From Terriglobia bacterium (GTDB lineage: Bacteria; Acidobacteriota; Terriglobia; JAJPHL01; JAPKYU01), in contig CBDCVK010000009.1 in NCBI GenBank assembly GCA_965223005.1, positions 1-64,000 of the forward strand: a stretch of DNA of 64,000 bases, in the 5' to 3' direction. How positions within the stretch are numbered: the stretch's first letter is position 1; every line of letters begins with the position of its first letter. The notes under the pieces are model-generated. The model was not told the origin of the DNA, ran no database searches, and saw only the letters and a program-made list of their open reading frames with translations. Both the position numbers and the translations under genes were made by a program. Below are positions 9,539 to 19,623 of the stretch, piece by piece.

Positions 9539-11047
9539 CTACAGCTTCTGGTTTTTCAGCCAGTCGTCGTAAGTCATACCGGGCGGCCCGGCCCACTTGT
9601 ACGTGTCGAAAACGGCGGCGTTGCCGAGTACGCGTGGGTCCCCTTCGTCGCGGAGCATCTGCTGCATTTCAGCACGGAGCTTCCCTTTCGTTTCCGCGTG
9701 CATGGGATCAGCCGCCAGGTTGTGAACACAATCGGGATCTTGCCCAATACGGTAAAGCTCCTCCGCGGGCCGCTTGCCGAACGACAACGCGTAGTACTTA
9801 TTGAAGTTCCCTAAGAGAACGGATTTCGTCGGGCTGCCGTCGCAGTTTTGGTAGCCGGTCTCTGGATTTCCCGCCGGCCAACGGTCCGGCTCGTAATTGT
9901 GAATGTACAGGTACTCCGGGGTCCGCAGCGCGCGCACCGGATATCCCCAATTGTTGGGACGCCCCAGATCGTGACGTTCCTTACCCGCCAGCACCCGCGT
10001 GCGGCTTGAGTCAATGAGACCTGACTTGCCTTGCCTGAGAGTCTCAAGGAAGCTGTGGCCTGTCATTTGCGTGTGAGGCTTGATGCTCGCTAACTCCAGA
10101 AAGGTGGGTGCAAAGTCACGGGCGTTGATAAAGTCGTCAATGACGAGGCCTCCTTTGATCCCTCCCCACCGAACAGCAAGAGGCAGGTGGAAGCCGTGTT
10201 CGTAGATCTGACCCTTGACGCGCGGGAAGGGCATCCCGTGGTCTGACGTCACGAGAATGAAGGTGTTGTCCAACTCCCCGATTTCTTCGAGCTTCCGAAT
10301 GATCCTCCCAAGCTGCGTGTCGAACCATTCCACTGCAATCGCATAATCGAGCATGTCACGCCGAATGGTGGGGTGGTCCGGGTAGTAAGCCGGCAGGGGT
10401 ACTTCCTTTGGGTCCTTACCGCTGCGCACACCCGAGCCGTACTCGTAGTCGCGGTGCGGCTCAGTGGGTCCGAACCAGAAGCAGAAGGGTTGCCCGGGCC
10501 TGCGGTGCTCGAGGAAGTATTCGAAGTTGCGCGCGTAGTCTTTCGACGACATGGATAGGAAGGGAGCTTTCAGGCTGTACTTCGCATATTCAGGGCCAGC
10601 GGGATTTCGCTTGAAGCCACCCGCTCGATAGTCCCCGGGACCCCATCCCTTGCCGGTGTATCCGATCAGATATCCGGCTTCCTCGAGTAGATCGGGGTAG
10701 ACCGCAAACTTGGACGGGAAGATCCCCCAGTGGTTCGCGGCTTCTTCCAACTGCCACGTGTTCCGGCCAGTTAGGATACTTGCGCGACACGGACTGCACT
10801 TGGGATTTGACGTAAAGCAGTTGTTAAACAGAGCCCCTTCTCGCGCGATCCGGTCGAAAACCGGCGTCTTAACCCACTTCGAGCCATATGCGCCGGCGTG
10901 GCCGTGTGACCAATCGTCTGCAGTCGTATAAAAAATGTTCGGCCGACGCTGGGGTTCAGCTTTCGCGGCTTGGGCTCCATGATGCGTGGCAGCCAAAGCC
11001 AGCGCAGAGAAAAGCAATCTGCGTCTCGAGAAATTCATTGTCGTCAT
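9539..11047 (-). CDS. Sulfatase (Tat-exported; sulfamidase-like)
   Basis: SRRRLL Tat motif, PNIFYTTADD, CSPCRASILTG (CxPxR), TSDHG, EELY...DP. Confidence 0.93.
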   Translation of the reverse strand: MTTMNFSRRRLLFSALALAATHHGAQAAKAEPQRRPNIFYTTADDWSHGHAGAYGSKWVKTPVFDRIAREGALFNNCFTSNPKCSPCRASILTGRNTWQLEEAANHWGIFPSKFAVYPDLLEEAGYLIGYTGKGWGPGDYRAGGFKRNPAGPEYAKYSLKAPFLSMSSKDYARNFEYFLEHRRPGQPFCFWFGPTEPHRDYEYGSGVRSGKDPKEVPLPAYYPDHPTIRRDMLDYAIAVEWFDTQLGRIIRKLEEIGELDNTFILVTSDHGMPFPRVKGQIYEHGFHLPLAVRWGGIKGGLVIDDFINARDFAPTFLELASIKPHTQMTGHSFLETLRQGKSGLIDSSRTRVLAGKERHDLGRPNNWGYPVRALRTPEYLYIHNYEPDRWPAGNPETGYQNCDGSPTKSVLLGNFNKYYALSFGKRPAEELYRIGQDPDCVHNLAADPMHAETKGKLRAEMQQMLRDEGDPRVLGNAAVFDTYKWAGPPGMTYDDWLKNQKL

Positions 11048-11350
11048 CGTTCCACTCTTGAGTAGCTACGTCGAAGAAATGAGTTGGTCCTACGTAATGT
11101 TATTATCACGAGGGCCTTGAAAATCGATGATCTTTGGCGACAGCCCTCGAACCTGCCTCACCGCTATCACTTGTTTCTCCTGGACGACTTCTGAGCAGCT
11201 AGATTGCAACGACGCCACCCAAGAGAGGCCGCGGCGGTCTGGGCTTGAGCGACAGAGGTAGCAGGTGTATGCTCCTGAGCGAAGAGGAAGCTTAATCCGG
11301 CTAATGACGAAGCCGGAGATAACATCATTAAGGAGGAAGGGACTCTTCCT

Positions 11351-13954
11351 ATGAGAGCAAGGATTTACTTTTTTTGTCTTCTGATTGCAACGGGCGCACT
11401 GTCGGGGTTGGTGAAAGCGAGCGAGCTGGCCGTGCTTACAGCAGAAACCTGGGAGGGGTATGCACCCCAGGGGAAAGAGGTGGACTCCATTTATGGCGAC
11501 TTCGTACTGCGCAATGACCGGCTGGTAGCAGTGGTGGCAAGACCTGTCAAGGGCCGCAACGCGAACACGACGGTGAAGCAGGTGGGGGGTGCCGTCATCG
11601 ACTTAACTGAGCGTCACCGGCTGAACGATCAACTCAGCGCCTTCTATCCCGGCGCCCGGCAGTACCCGCTACAGCTTCATGGGCTGAAGGTGCTGTACCC
11701 GGATGTCAAGGAGGAGCCGGGAAAGGCGTTAGTTGAAGGCCCATCTGTCGAACTGCGGTGCATCAGCCCTGCCCGGGAAGGCCACCCCGAAATGGAGCTG
11801 ATCTATTCTCTGAAAGATGGTGAGCCCTATCTCCGTGTCACTTCAATTTATCGCAACCCCTGGAAAAGTCCGCTGATGATTTCCTTGGTGGATGAAGTCC
11901 GAGCGGACATCACCTTCGAAAAGACACGCGACGGCGAGTCGAAGCTCTTCTGGGTTTATGACAAATGGTTCGGACAGGCTTATGGAATTCTGGCCGAGGA
12001 CCACACGATCCAGAGTCAGGGAGACGAGTACAACCGAGCTACAGCCCTGCACTATCTGAAGGACGGTCAGGAAACGGTGAAGCTAGGAGCGGGGCAAAAG
12101 TATGTGCTCTCACGCCGCCTTTTTCCAAAAGCAAACCTTGTAGGTGTGAAATCACAAGCCCGGCTGATTGACGGCGAGTCTCTCTTCCCCGTCAGCTTGA
12201 ACGTCACCGACGCTGGCGGGCAGCCGGTCGCCGATGCCGATGTAGCGCTCCTCTTAAGTGGGAGGCCCTACGGAAACGCCCGGACCTCCGAGCGCGGCCG
12301 GGTGGAATTCCCCCTGCCGCCCGGGAAATTTCGGGCCAACGTGTCGGCTTTGGGGCGAGATGCCCGAGAAGTTTCTTTCCAAGTGACGGGTTCGAGGAAA
12401 GAGCTGAGCGTCGAATTCCCCATCGCCTCGCGGGTGATAGCCCGGGTCAGTGATGTGAAAGGAAATCCCATCGCCTGCAAGGTCCAATTCCTTGGCATAG
12501 AAGGGACAGAATCGCCCCACTTTGGCCCGGATAGCGGGGAGCACGCGGTGCATAACCTTTACTACAGCCACGATGGCCGATTCACACAGATTCTGCCCTC
12601 GGGCACCTACCAAGTCATCGTCAGCCACGGACCCGAATACGAGGCTGTCTTCACGCGACTGGAAGTTGGGCCGGGCCAGGAGGTCCCCCTGCGGGCTACC
12701 CTGAAGCGTGTGGTCAACACAACTGGTTGGGTTAGCGCCGACTTCCACAGTCACTCCAGCCCCTCGGGGGATAATACTGGCAGCCAGCTTGGCCGGGTCC
12801 TGAACTTAGTGGCTGAACACCTGGAGTTTGCGCCGTGCACCGAGCATAATCGGCTTTCCACCTACGTGCCCCACCTGAAGAGGCTTGGCATCGAGCAGGC
12901 GCTGGCAACGGCAACAGGAATAGAGCTGACCGAACCGACCCGTACTCTCAGTCAAGTGAATCACCAGAACGCCTTTCCCCTGATTTTGAAACCTCACACC
13001 CAGGATTGGGGTGGCCCCCTCCCCCACGAAGATCCCCTGGTGCAAATCGAGCGCCTGGCCCTTTGGGACAGCGGCAGTGAAAAGTTGGTTCAAGAAAATC
13101 ACCCAGATATCGGGCAGCTCTTTTTTGACAAAGATGGCGATGGCCACCCTGACGGTGGCTTCAAGAAAATGTTCGGTTATATGGACGTAATTGAAGTGCA
13201 CCCGCTGGAAAACATCATCCCCTTTCAGATTACCTACCTGCGTACCTATCGGCAAAAAACTACGTTGCGGAACCATCGCATCTTTAACTGGCTCCAGTTG
13301 CTGAATCAAGGCTACCGGATTCCCGGCGTGGTCAACACGGACGCTCACTACAACTTTCATGGCTCGGGCTGGCTGCGCAACTATCTCCGATCCCCTACCG
13401 ACGACCCTGCCCACATCAAGACCATGGATATTGTTCACGCCGCTGAGCGGGGCAATCTCATTATGACCAACGGGCCGTTCTTGGAAGTCCACGCAAGAGC
13501 AGCAGGGGAGGGTCCTAACAGCAACGGCACGGCCGGCGACGACATACGGGCGCCTGACGGCAAGCTAACCCTCCACGTGCGTGTGCAGTGCCCCAATTGG
13601 TTTGACGTTGACCGGGTACAGATACTCATCAACGGACAGCCGGATCCCCTGCTGAACCACACTCGTGCAAATAACCCCGCACTTTTTTCAGACGATGTGG
13701 TGAAGTTCGACTACAAGATCCCGGTCGAGCTGAAGAGCGATGCCCACCTGATTGTCGTTGCCGTTGGCGAGAACTCTAAGCTCGGCCCCGTGATGGGGCC
13801 CGAGCGCGGTAAGGCGGCGCCCCTGGCCGTGAGTAATCCCATCTACGTGGACGTTGATGGAGACGGTTTTAAGCCCAACGGCGATACGTTGGGATCGCCC
13901 TTACCCGTGAGGCTGGAGCGTCCTGTGGAGAAACCCGCCAAAGCATCAAACTAA
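11351..13954 (+). CDS. Exported CehA/McbA-like PHP-domain metallohydrolase with beta-sandwich domains
   Basis: Signal peptide; DFHSHS, TEHN, NHP, NTDAH, TNGP, SNPIYVD motifs. Confidence 0.8.
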   Translation: MRARIYFFCLLIATGALSGLVKASELAVLTAETWEGYAPQGKEVDSIYGDFVLRNDRLVAVVARPVKGRNANTTVKQVGGAVIDLTERHRLNDQLSAFYPGARQYPLQLHGLKVLYPDVKEEPGKALVEGPSVELRCISPAREGHPEMELIYSLKDGEPYLRVTSIYRNPWKSPLMISLVDEVRADITFEKTRDGESKLFWVYDKWFGQAYGILAEDHTIQSQGDEYNRATALHYLKDGQETVKLGAGQKYVLSRRLFPKANLVGVKSQARLIDGESLFPVSLNVTDAGGQPVADADVALLLSGRPYGNARTSERGRVEFPLPPGKFRANVSALGRDAREVSFQVTGSRKELSVEFPIASRVIARVSDVKGNPIACKVQFLGIEGTESPHFGPDSGEHAVHNLYYSHDGRFTQILPSGTYQVIVSHGPEYEAVFTRLEVGPGQEVPLRATLKRVVNTTGWVSADFHSHSSPSGDNTGSQLGRVLNLVAEHLEFAPCTEHNRLSTYVPHLKRLGIEQALATATGIELTEPTRTLSQVNHQNAFPLILKPHTQDWGGPLPHEDPLVQIERLALWDSGSEKLVQENHPDIGQLFFDKDGDGHPDGGFKKMFGYMDVIEVHPLENIIPFQITYLRTYRQKTTLRNHRIFNWLQLLNQGYRIPGVVNTDAHYNFHGSGWLRNYLRSPTDDPAHIKTMDIVHAAERGNLIMTNGPFLEVHARAAGEGPNSNGTAGDDIRAPDGKLTLHVRVQCPNWFDVDRVQILINGQPDPLLNHTRANNPALFSDDVVKFDYKIPVELKSDAHLIVVAVGENSKLGPVMGPERGKAAPLAVSNPIYVDVDGDGFKPNGDTLGSPLPVRLERPVEKPAKASN

Positions 13955-14025
13955 CCTGCACTGTGGGTGACCAGCGGCCGGGACGGTGATGATAAGCCGG
14001 AGCGGTGATGATAAGAAGGATGGGT

Positions 14026-15027
14026 CTAGAACCACAACGCCTTGTTCACGACGTTCCGCAGAGGTTCCTGGCGAGCAAACCTTCCAACGTTATCGAGAAC
14101 CACCTCCAGATGTCGTTGTGGGATCCGTGGCGCGTAGCCTGCGACGTGCGGCGTAATGATGACGTTCTCCATTCTCCACAGTGGATGGTCCGGGGGCAGC
14201 GGTTCCACCTCGAACACGTCCAGCCCCGCCCCGCCGATTTCGCCTGCCTCCAGCGCCGCCGTCAGGGCCGCCAGGTCCACAATCACCCCCCGCCCCACGT
14301 TGATTAGGCATGCCGTGCGCTTCATTTGCCGGAACTGTTGCTGGCGGAACATCTTCGCCGTTTGCGGAGTGTGAGGGGCGGCGATGACGACGAAATCCGA
14401 CTGGGCCAACAGATCCCCAAGCTGCTCCGGCCCCCACAGCGCTGCCACCCCCTGGGGAGCCTGGGTCTGGACAGGGTCCACGGCTACCACACGCATGCCG
14501 AACGCCAGTCCCCGCCGTGCAACCTCGCCCCCGATACCACCCAGTCCAACGACACCGCGCGTCGCATCCGAGAGATGCAGGTGCGCCTCCGTCCCCTCGG
14601 TCGGCACCGCGGGGCCGATGGCAAAGTTTGCCCACCCTGCGTCATCGCCCACCGGTCGCCACCGGCACTCCACTTGGTTGCGGATATACCGATGGAAGTT
14701 TCGGGCGAAGCACAGAATGTAGCCGAAGACGTGGTCAGCGATCACGTCGGAGTACAGACCACGCATGTTGGTCAGCACACACGGGTGCTCGATCAACTGC
14801 GGGAACAGGTAGTGCTCGAGGCTGGCCGTGGGGGCCTGCACCCAGCGCAGTTGCCGCGCCGACCGCAGCAGCTCGGGCGTGATCTTGCCGAAAAATCCGT
14901 CGGCGGCCACGATCTCCTGGAGCGCCAGCAACTCATCGGCGGCGTTGACCACTTTCATGTTCCCCGCCGCCACCGCGATCTGGTCGAACCTCTCCAGCTC
15001 TATCGCCGGATGGATCACCAGTTTCAT
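14026..15027 (-). CDS. D-2-hydroxyacid dehydrogenase
   Basis: GVVGLGGIG, INVGRG, LDVFEVEPL, TPHVAG. Confidence 0.93.
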   Translation of the reverse strand: MKLVIHPAIELERFDQIAVAAGNMKVVNAADELLALQEIVAADGFFGKITPELLRSARQLRWVQAPTASLEHYLFPQLIEHPCVLTNMRGLYSDVIADHVFGYILCFARNFHRYIRNQVECRWRPVGDDAGWANFAIGPAVPTEGTEAHLHLSDATRGVVGLGGIGGEVARRGLAFGMRVVAVDPVQTQAPQGVAALWGPEQLGDLLAQSDFVVIAAPHTPQTAKMFRQQQFRQMKRTACLINVGRGVIVDLAALTAALEAGEIGGAGLDVFEVEPLPPDHPLWRMENVIITPHVAGYAPRIPQRHLEVVLDNVGRFARQEPLRNVVNKALWF

Positions 15028-15143
15028 GTCCGGGATTCTACCAGCTTCCGCTTATGCCGTGGTGCGACGAGGTCGCGGGCCCCTACGGGGAGGCCGGCTT
15101 GTTGGACAAAGGCAGGCCGCAACCACAGTTTTTCGCGGACGAG

Positions 15144-15767
15144 CTAGTACGGATAGCTTGGCTTTTGAACTCGTGGAAGGAAGCGTTGGACATCGCGGAG
15201 CAGCTCGGAATTCCAACGTGGCCCTTTCTTCTTCTTGAGAAACTTGACGTCGGCGAAGCGGCGGTCATAGATCAACGCTTTTTCGTAGGTGCGTACCGCA
15301 TCCTCCTGTTGACCGGCTTTGAACAGTGTCAGGGCTAGCCCTGCGTAAGCCTGGGGCGAGGTCGTATCCAGCTTAACGGCGAGGTTTAGCTCATCCAGGG
15401 CACGCTCAACTTCTCCGCGCAGATAGTAAACATAACCGAGATAGCAGTGGGCTCCAGACTCGTAGGAGTCGACTTCTAAGGCTCGGCGGAATTCGGCTTC
15501 GGCTTTCGCGAGCTTGTCTTCTCGTAGGTAGCGCAATCCCACGTAGACATAAGCCTCTGCCATGTTCGGGTCGTTCTTCAGCGCTTTCTTGGCCTCGCTG
15601 GAGGCCTTGTTGATGTCATACCTCGCAGCGGCCGCGCGCGCCCGTATCAGGTGCGTGTGGGCTTTCTCTCTCTTCTTCCAGTTATCCTCGGCGGGCAAGC
15701 CCGCCGGGACTCCAATGGAAAGGGCCAACGCCACCATTGCTGTTTTCAGAACCGTGTTACCTCTCAT
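15144..15767 (-). CDS. Exported tetratricopeptide repeat protein
   Basis: Signal peptide; about 4 TPR units (AEAYVYVG, AHCYLG, AYAGLA). Confidence 0.88.
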   Translation of the reverse strand: MRGNTVLKTAMVALALSIGVPAGLPAEDNWKKREKAHTHLIRARAAAARYDINKASSEAKKALKNDPNMAEAYVYVGLRYLREDKLAKAEAEFRRALEVDSYESGAHCYLGYVYYLRGEVERALDELNLAVKLDTTSPQAYAGLALTLFKAGQQEDAVRTYEKALIYDRRFADVKFLKKKKGPRWNSELLRDVQRFLPRVQKPSYPY

Positions 15768-17341
15768 GGCGCTTCCTCCTGTGGAGTCGTCGAAAGGCGA
15801 GCTGGACTATCGGCGGGTCTCTCGGTCGTCAGCACCAGGCCTCGCGTGAAGCCACCGAGAGCCGTGGGAGTTTGGAGCCCCTGTGTTGCTTCCACCACGG
15901 CTTCCCGGACAAAGTCGAAGAGTTCTCCCACCGAAACGTCATGATCCTTATTCATGTCAGCTTCTCCGTTCAGGCCCTGTAGGACGAAGTACGTGAATGC
16001 CCCATGTCCGCCGCCCCAGACATCGGACTCTTGGGAAGATTCATCGACATTGCTCGCGGTAAGAACAGCGCGATTCTTGCTTTGGCCAAGCCGGCTCCAT
16101 TCTTGGTGAATCAGATTCTGAAATCCTTCTCCCACTCCGGCGCTATGGCATGCGTCGACGAAGGCAACTGCGCTGCCCTTGATCGTGGTCTCAAAGGCGG
16201 CTTGCAGCTCCCACATGGGTATCGCCGTGCCCCCGATGTTTTTATAATCCGTGTCCCACGGTAAGAGGTAGAGATTCTGCGGGCGGCGGGGATCGGGTAC
16301 ACCGTGGCCTGCAAAATAGACGAACACCAGATCCTGCGAGCTCGGCCGGGTGAGGAAGGTGAACAGGGCGGTGCGGATACTCGATGCAGTGGCATTTTCG
16401 TCCGTCAGGTAGAGCATGTTTGAGCGGCGGACTCCGCCTCCCTGCGGATCGAGGAGGAACTTGCGTATGGCGGCAGCATCATTATCAGCAAATTGCAGGT
16501 TCAAGCGCCGGTCGCGATAACTCGAAATACCGATAATCACGGCATAGCGTTCACCGGTGTTTCGCAGCCCGCGAACGACCGGAATCCGTAGCTGAGTGCG
16601 GCTGCCATGCCCATCGGAGGCCACCAATTCCACTTCGTCTGCTTTGGACTCCAAGGGGACTTCTGCCCCGAAGCTGTGCACCGATCCGCCCAGATCAGGA
16701 ATTCCCTCGGGAGCGGACGCCGGAGATTCGAGGGGACGCAGTGGAAAGGGTTGTCCGTTAACCGATAGTGTCAGCTCGGGGGTTTCCGCGCTGATGTACC
16801 CTCGCAGGAGAACCATGGGGGTATGCTCAATGGGTCCTTGCGGTGCAGTGAGCCGGATCGCTGGTGGGCGGGCTCTGGACTCCCTGATCTCGGTGATGAC
16901 CTGAATCTCCCGCAGAGAGGTGGGCTCATTCTGAACATCGAATAGGAAACTGGAATAGAGAAGGCGGCCGTAGATGGTTTTCGCCCAGGCCTCCAGCGTA
17001 TTCCTGCCGGGTTTTAATAAGAAGTTCGGGCGGTGGTTCAAATTGAGCTCACACAGAATACCCTCAGGGCTGGAACGGACAGACATGATGATGTTCGCGG
17101 CCTCTCCATTGAGGCGCACATGAATGCCGCCATAGGGAACCTCTTGCGCGCTTCGCCGAACGTGGACCAGGAGCCGGTTTACAAAACGGTGAGGCAAAAT
17201 AGTGGCCCGGCTTTGTTTGATTTCGAGGTCGAGTTCGGGGATCTCAAGCAAAAAGGCATCCCTTTGCCTCCGCTGCGCTGTGCTGGTGGGCCAGGGCAGT
17301 GCTATCGCGAGCACTAGCAGGGTCGTCAAAGCACGCATCAC
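15764..17341 (-). CDS. Exported caspase-family (peptidase C14) protease with N-terminal Ig-like domains
   Basis: Signal peptide; RYAVIIGISSY, FAGHG (His), DACHS (Cys), GHGAFT, EF-hand-like DMNKDHDVSVGEL, QTP. Confidence 0.9.
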   Translation of the reverse strand: MMRALTTLLVLAIALPWPTSTAQRRQRDAFLLEIPELDLEIKQSRATILPHRFVNRLLVHVRRSAQEVPYGGIHVRLNGEAANIIMSVRSSPEGILCELNLNHRPNFLLKPGRNTLEAWAKTIYGRLLYSSFLFDVQNEPTSLREIQVITEIRESRARPPAIRLTAPQGPIEHTPMVLLRGYISAETPELTLSVNGQPFPLRPLESPASAPEGIPDLGGSVHSFGAEVPLESKADEVELVASDGHGSRTQLRIPVVRGLRNTGERYAVIIGISSYRDRRLNLQFADNDAAAIRKFLLDPQGGGVRRSNMLYLTDENATASSIRTALFTFLTRPSSQDLVFVYFAGHGVPDPRRPQNLYLLPWDTDYKNIGGTAIPMWELQAAFETTIKGSAVAFVDACHSAGVGEGFQNLIHQEWSRLGQSKNRAVLTASNVDESSQESDVWGGGHGAFTYFVLQGLNGEADMNKDHDVSVGELFDFVREAVVEATQGLQTPTALGGFTRGLVLTTERPADSPARLSTTPQEEAP

Positions 17342-17345
17342 GCTC

Positions 17346-18974
17346 CTACTGTCGTTGGCCGGCGGGCGAGAGCTGCGTCACGTCAGCTGACGGGGCGAAC
17401 TCGACATGCAAGACAGGCGGCATGGCCCATTCATTGTCTCCGCTGAGGGACAGATAATCGTAGAGAATGTGGATATTGAACGGGATCCGCCCGCCGTTTG
17501 TTTTCTGGTAGAGCCGAACATACGTCTTGATCTCTTTTTGGGCCTGAGAAAGAAGAGACGGGTCATTTTGCTTGAGCAACGCGAGGGCGTATTCCAGATG
17601 CGGCTCGGGAAAGGATCCGCGTCCCTCGTCGTAGCGGATGGCGCTTTGGAAGTGGCGGATGGCCTTTTGGTCGTCCGACGACTTTCGCGCGGTCAATTTG
17701 TAGACGCGGCCAAGGTGATAGTGCGTCGCGGGGTCCGAGGACCGCAAAGCCACCGCCCCTTCCAGATTTGTACGGGCCATCTCGAACAGGTCGTACTTGA
17801 GGGCCAGGATTCCGTTGTCACGTTTGACAGACGCCATCAAGAGGGCAAACTCGGGGGAGGCTGCCCGCAGCCCTCCGGAACTTCGCTTCTCGATTTCCGC
17901 TTTCAGCCCCTGATTCAGCAGGGTCTGGATGTGCTGTCGTCGACTGGCGAGGTTCCCTGTGCTCCCATAATGGAAGGCCATTCCGACGCGAGCATCGCTG
18001 CGGATGGCCTGTTCCACTGCTGCAAAGAGCCGGGGTGCTTCGCGGACATCGAAGTTGTGGCGCAGGGTCTCTCGTGCAGCGAACTCGTCAGCATCTTTTT
18101 CCTGAACGTTGGTCCAGTCTGTAAACTTGGGCTGGCGCAAGCTCTCGGCGATCCCCGCGGCAGCCACACCAATTGCCCCTCCGAGTACAGCTCCTACGGC
18201 TGCCCCTTGGCCGCCCCTCGTCGCGCCACCGACGGCGGCCCCGAGGCCGGCCGCAACAGCACCCAGGATGGCTGCTTTCTTTTTTGAAGAACGGATCTTC
18301 TCAACCTCAAGCATCTGTTCGAGTAAGGTTCCTCGGGTCTCGGCATAGGCGTGACGGTGCTCGATGTGGCCGATTTCATGGCCGAGCGCGTAGGTCAACT
18401 GAGCTTCGTTGTCCAGCATGGCGAGCAGGCCGGTCGTGATGTAAACACTACCGGTGCTGAGCGCCCAGGCATCGGGCCGTGGGTCATTCACGATGCGGAA
18501 TGCATAGAACTGGCTGCTGGTCCTTGGCACAAGAGACTGGCCAAGGTGGTTCACGAAATCCTGCAGCATCGGGTTGGAGTAGTAGAACCCGCGGGTGCGG
18601 TTCAGGCGATAAGCGCGCTGAATGTCTGCACTGTGTCTGGCCGTATAGAACTCGTTGAGCAGCATCTTGAACTCGGGCCGTTGTGCTAGCTTCTCCATTT
18701 TTTCCCGCTCTTTTTTCTTATAGCTTGGAGAACGGCGGTTGACGTAGTCGTCCAGGTTCTTGACCACTCTTTCGATTTCACCCTTGTCACCCTGTTGATA
18801 GGCAGCAAGGAGGCGGTTCCATAAATATTGCACGCGTTGATAGCGTTTGGCGGCATGAGCTTCCCCGGCTAAGACTTGACCTTCGTCGGAGTAATTGTTC
18901 TGAGCGAATGTCGGCGTGCTCATAGCAAATAGCGTGATTCCAATCAGAATGGACAGTATTGACTTGGCCCTCAT
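17346..18974 (-). CDS. Exported M48 family zinc metallopeptidase with glycine zipper and C-terminal TPR-like helices
   Basis: Signal peptide; AWALSTGSVYITTGLL, EAQL...HEIGH, QEKDAD third ligand, TPR-like C-terminus. Confidence 0.88.
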   Translation of the reverse strand: MRAKSILSILIGITLFAMSTPTFAQNNYSDEGQVLAGEAHAAKRYQRVQYLWNRLLAAYQQGDKGEIERVVKNLDDYVNRRSPSYKKKEREKMEKLAQRPEFKMLLNEFYTARHSADIQRAYRLNRTRGFYYSNPMLQDFVNHLGQSLVPRTSSQFYAFRIVNDPRPDAWALSTGSVYITTGLLAMLDNEAQLTYALGHEIGHIEHRHAYAETRGTLLEQMLEVEKIRSSKKKAAILGAVAAGLGAAVGGATRGGQGAAVGAVLGGAIGVAAAGIAESLRQPKFTDWTNVQEKDADEFAARETLRHNFDVREAPRLFAAVEQAIRSDARVGMAFHYGSTGNLASRRQHIQTLLNQGLKAEIEKRSSGGLRAASPEFALLMASVKRDNGILALKYDLFEMARTNLEGAVALRSSDPATHYHLGRVYKLTARKSSDDQKAIRHFQSAIRYDEGRGSFPEPHLEYALALLKQNDPSLLSQAQKEIKTYVRLYQKTNGGRIPFNIHILYDYLSLSGDNEWAMPPVLHVEFAPSADVTQLSPAGQRQ

Positions 18975-19484
18975 GGTATCCCTCCTTGGCCTTGACGGCC
19001 CGAGACTTGCGCTTACAGGTTTGCTTAGCAGGAACTTCCGATTTGATCTCCCCTTCGGACAAAAGCATACGCCTGGCGCCTTGTCGACTCAAGCTTTCAG
19101 ATCACCCCTAACCTCGTGCGGGGACATTGCGGCTGGTTTTGGCCTCTGCCTGCCCCCCTAGGTCCAGTTTGATGCTCCTTGGAGGGCCTCACCGAATGGA
19201 CAGTATTGACTTGGCCCTCATGGTATCCCGGTCCTTGGCCTTGACGGCCCGAGACTTGCGCTTACAGGTTTGCTTAGCAGGAACTTCCGATTTGATCTCC
19301 CCTTCGGACAAAAGCATACGCCTGGTGCCGACAAGCCTTGTGTGCGGGAACGGAAAGGGTACGCCTGGCGCCTTGTCGACTCAAGCTTTCAGATCACCCC
19401 TAACCTCGTGCGGGGACATTGCGGCTGGTTTTGGCCTCTGCCTGCCCCCCTAGGTCCAGTTTGTGCTCCTTGGAGGGCCTCACC
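18947..19484. repeat. Diverged direct duplication of about 247 bp covering the M48 gene start and upstream region
   Basis: Copy 1 at 18947-19193, copy 2 at 19194-19484; copy 2 has 43 extra bp and small indels. Confidence 0.9.
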
Positions 19485-19578
19485 TCACCGAACGCGATTT
19501 CACCCGTAGCCGGTGGAATACCGATGCGCTGTGGACTTGGTATCACTGCGCGATGTAGGGTGCTAACTTGCCTGCAAA

Positions 19579-19623
19579 TCGACACGGCGGGGGTCAGCGG
19601 TTCGAGCCCGCTCGGACCTACCA
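19579..19623 (+). other. 3' half of tRNA-Val(GAC), att-like remnant
   Basis: TCGACAC anticodon loop, GGCGG, variable loop GGGTC, T arm AGCGG-TTCGAGC-CCGCT, acceptor strand CGGACCT-A-CCA; no complementary 5' acceptor strand or D arm upstream. Confidence 0.8.

Noticed and set aside
19310-19335. Sigma-54 promoter on the minus strand (CGGCAC...ATGC)
   Set aside because: GG to GC spacing is 2 nt too long.
19540-19623. Intact tRNA-Val gene
   Set aside because: No 5' acceptor strand (A/GGGTCCG), D arm or 5' anticodon stem upstream.
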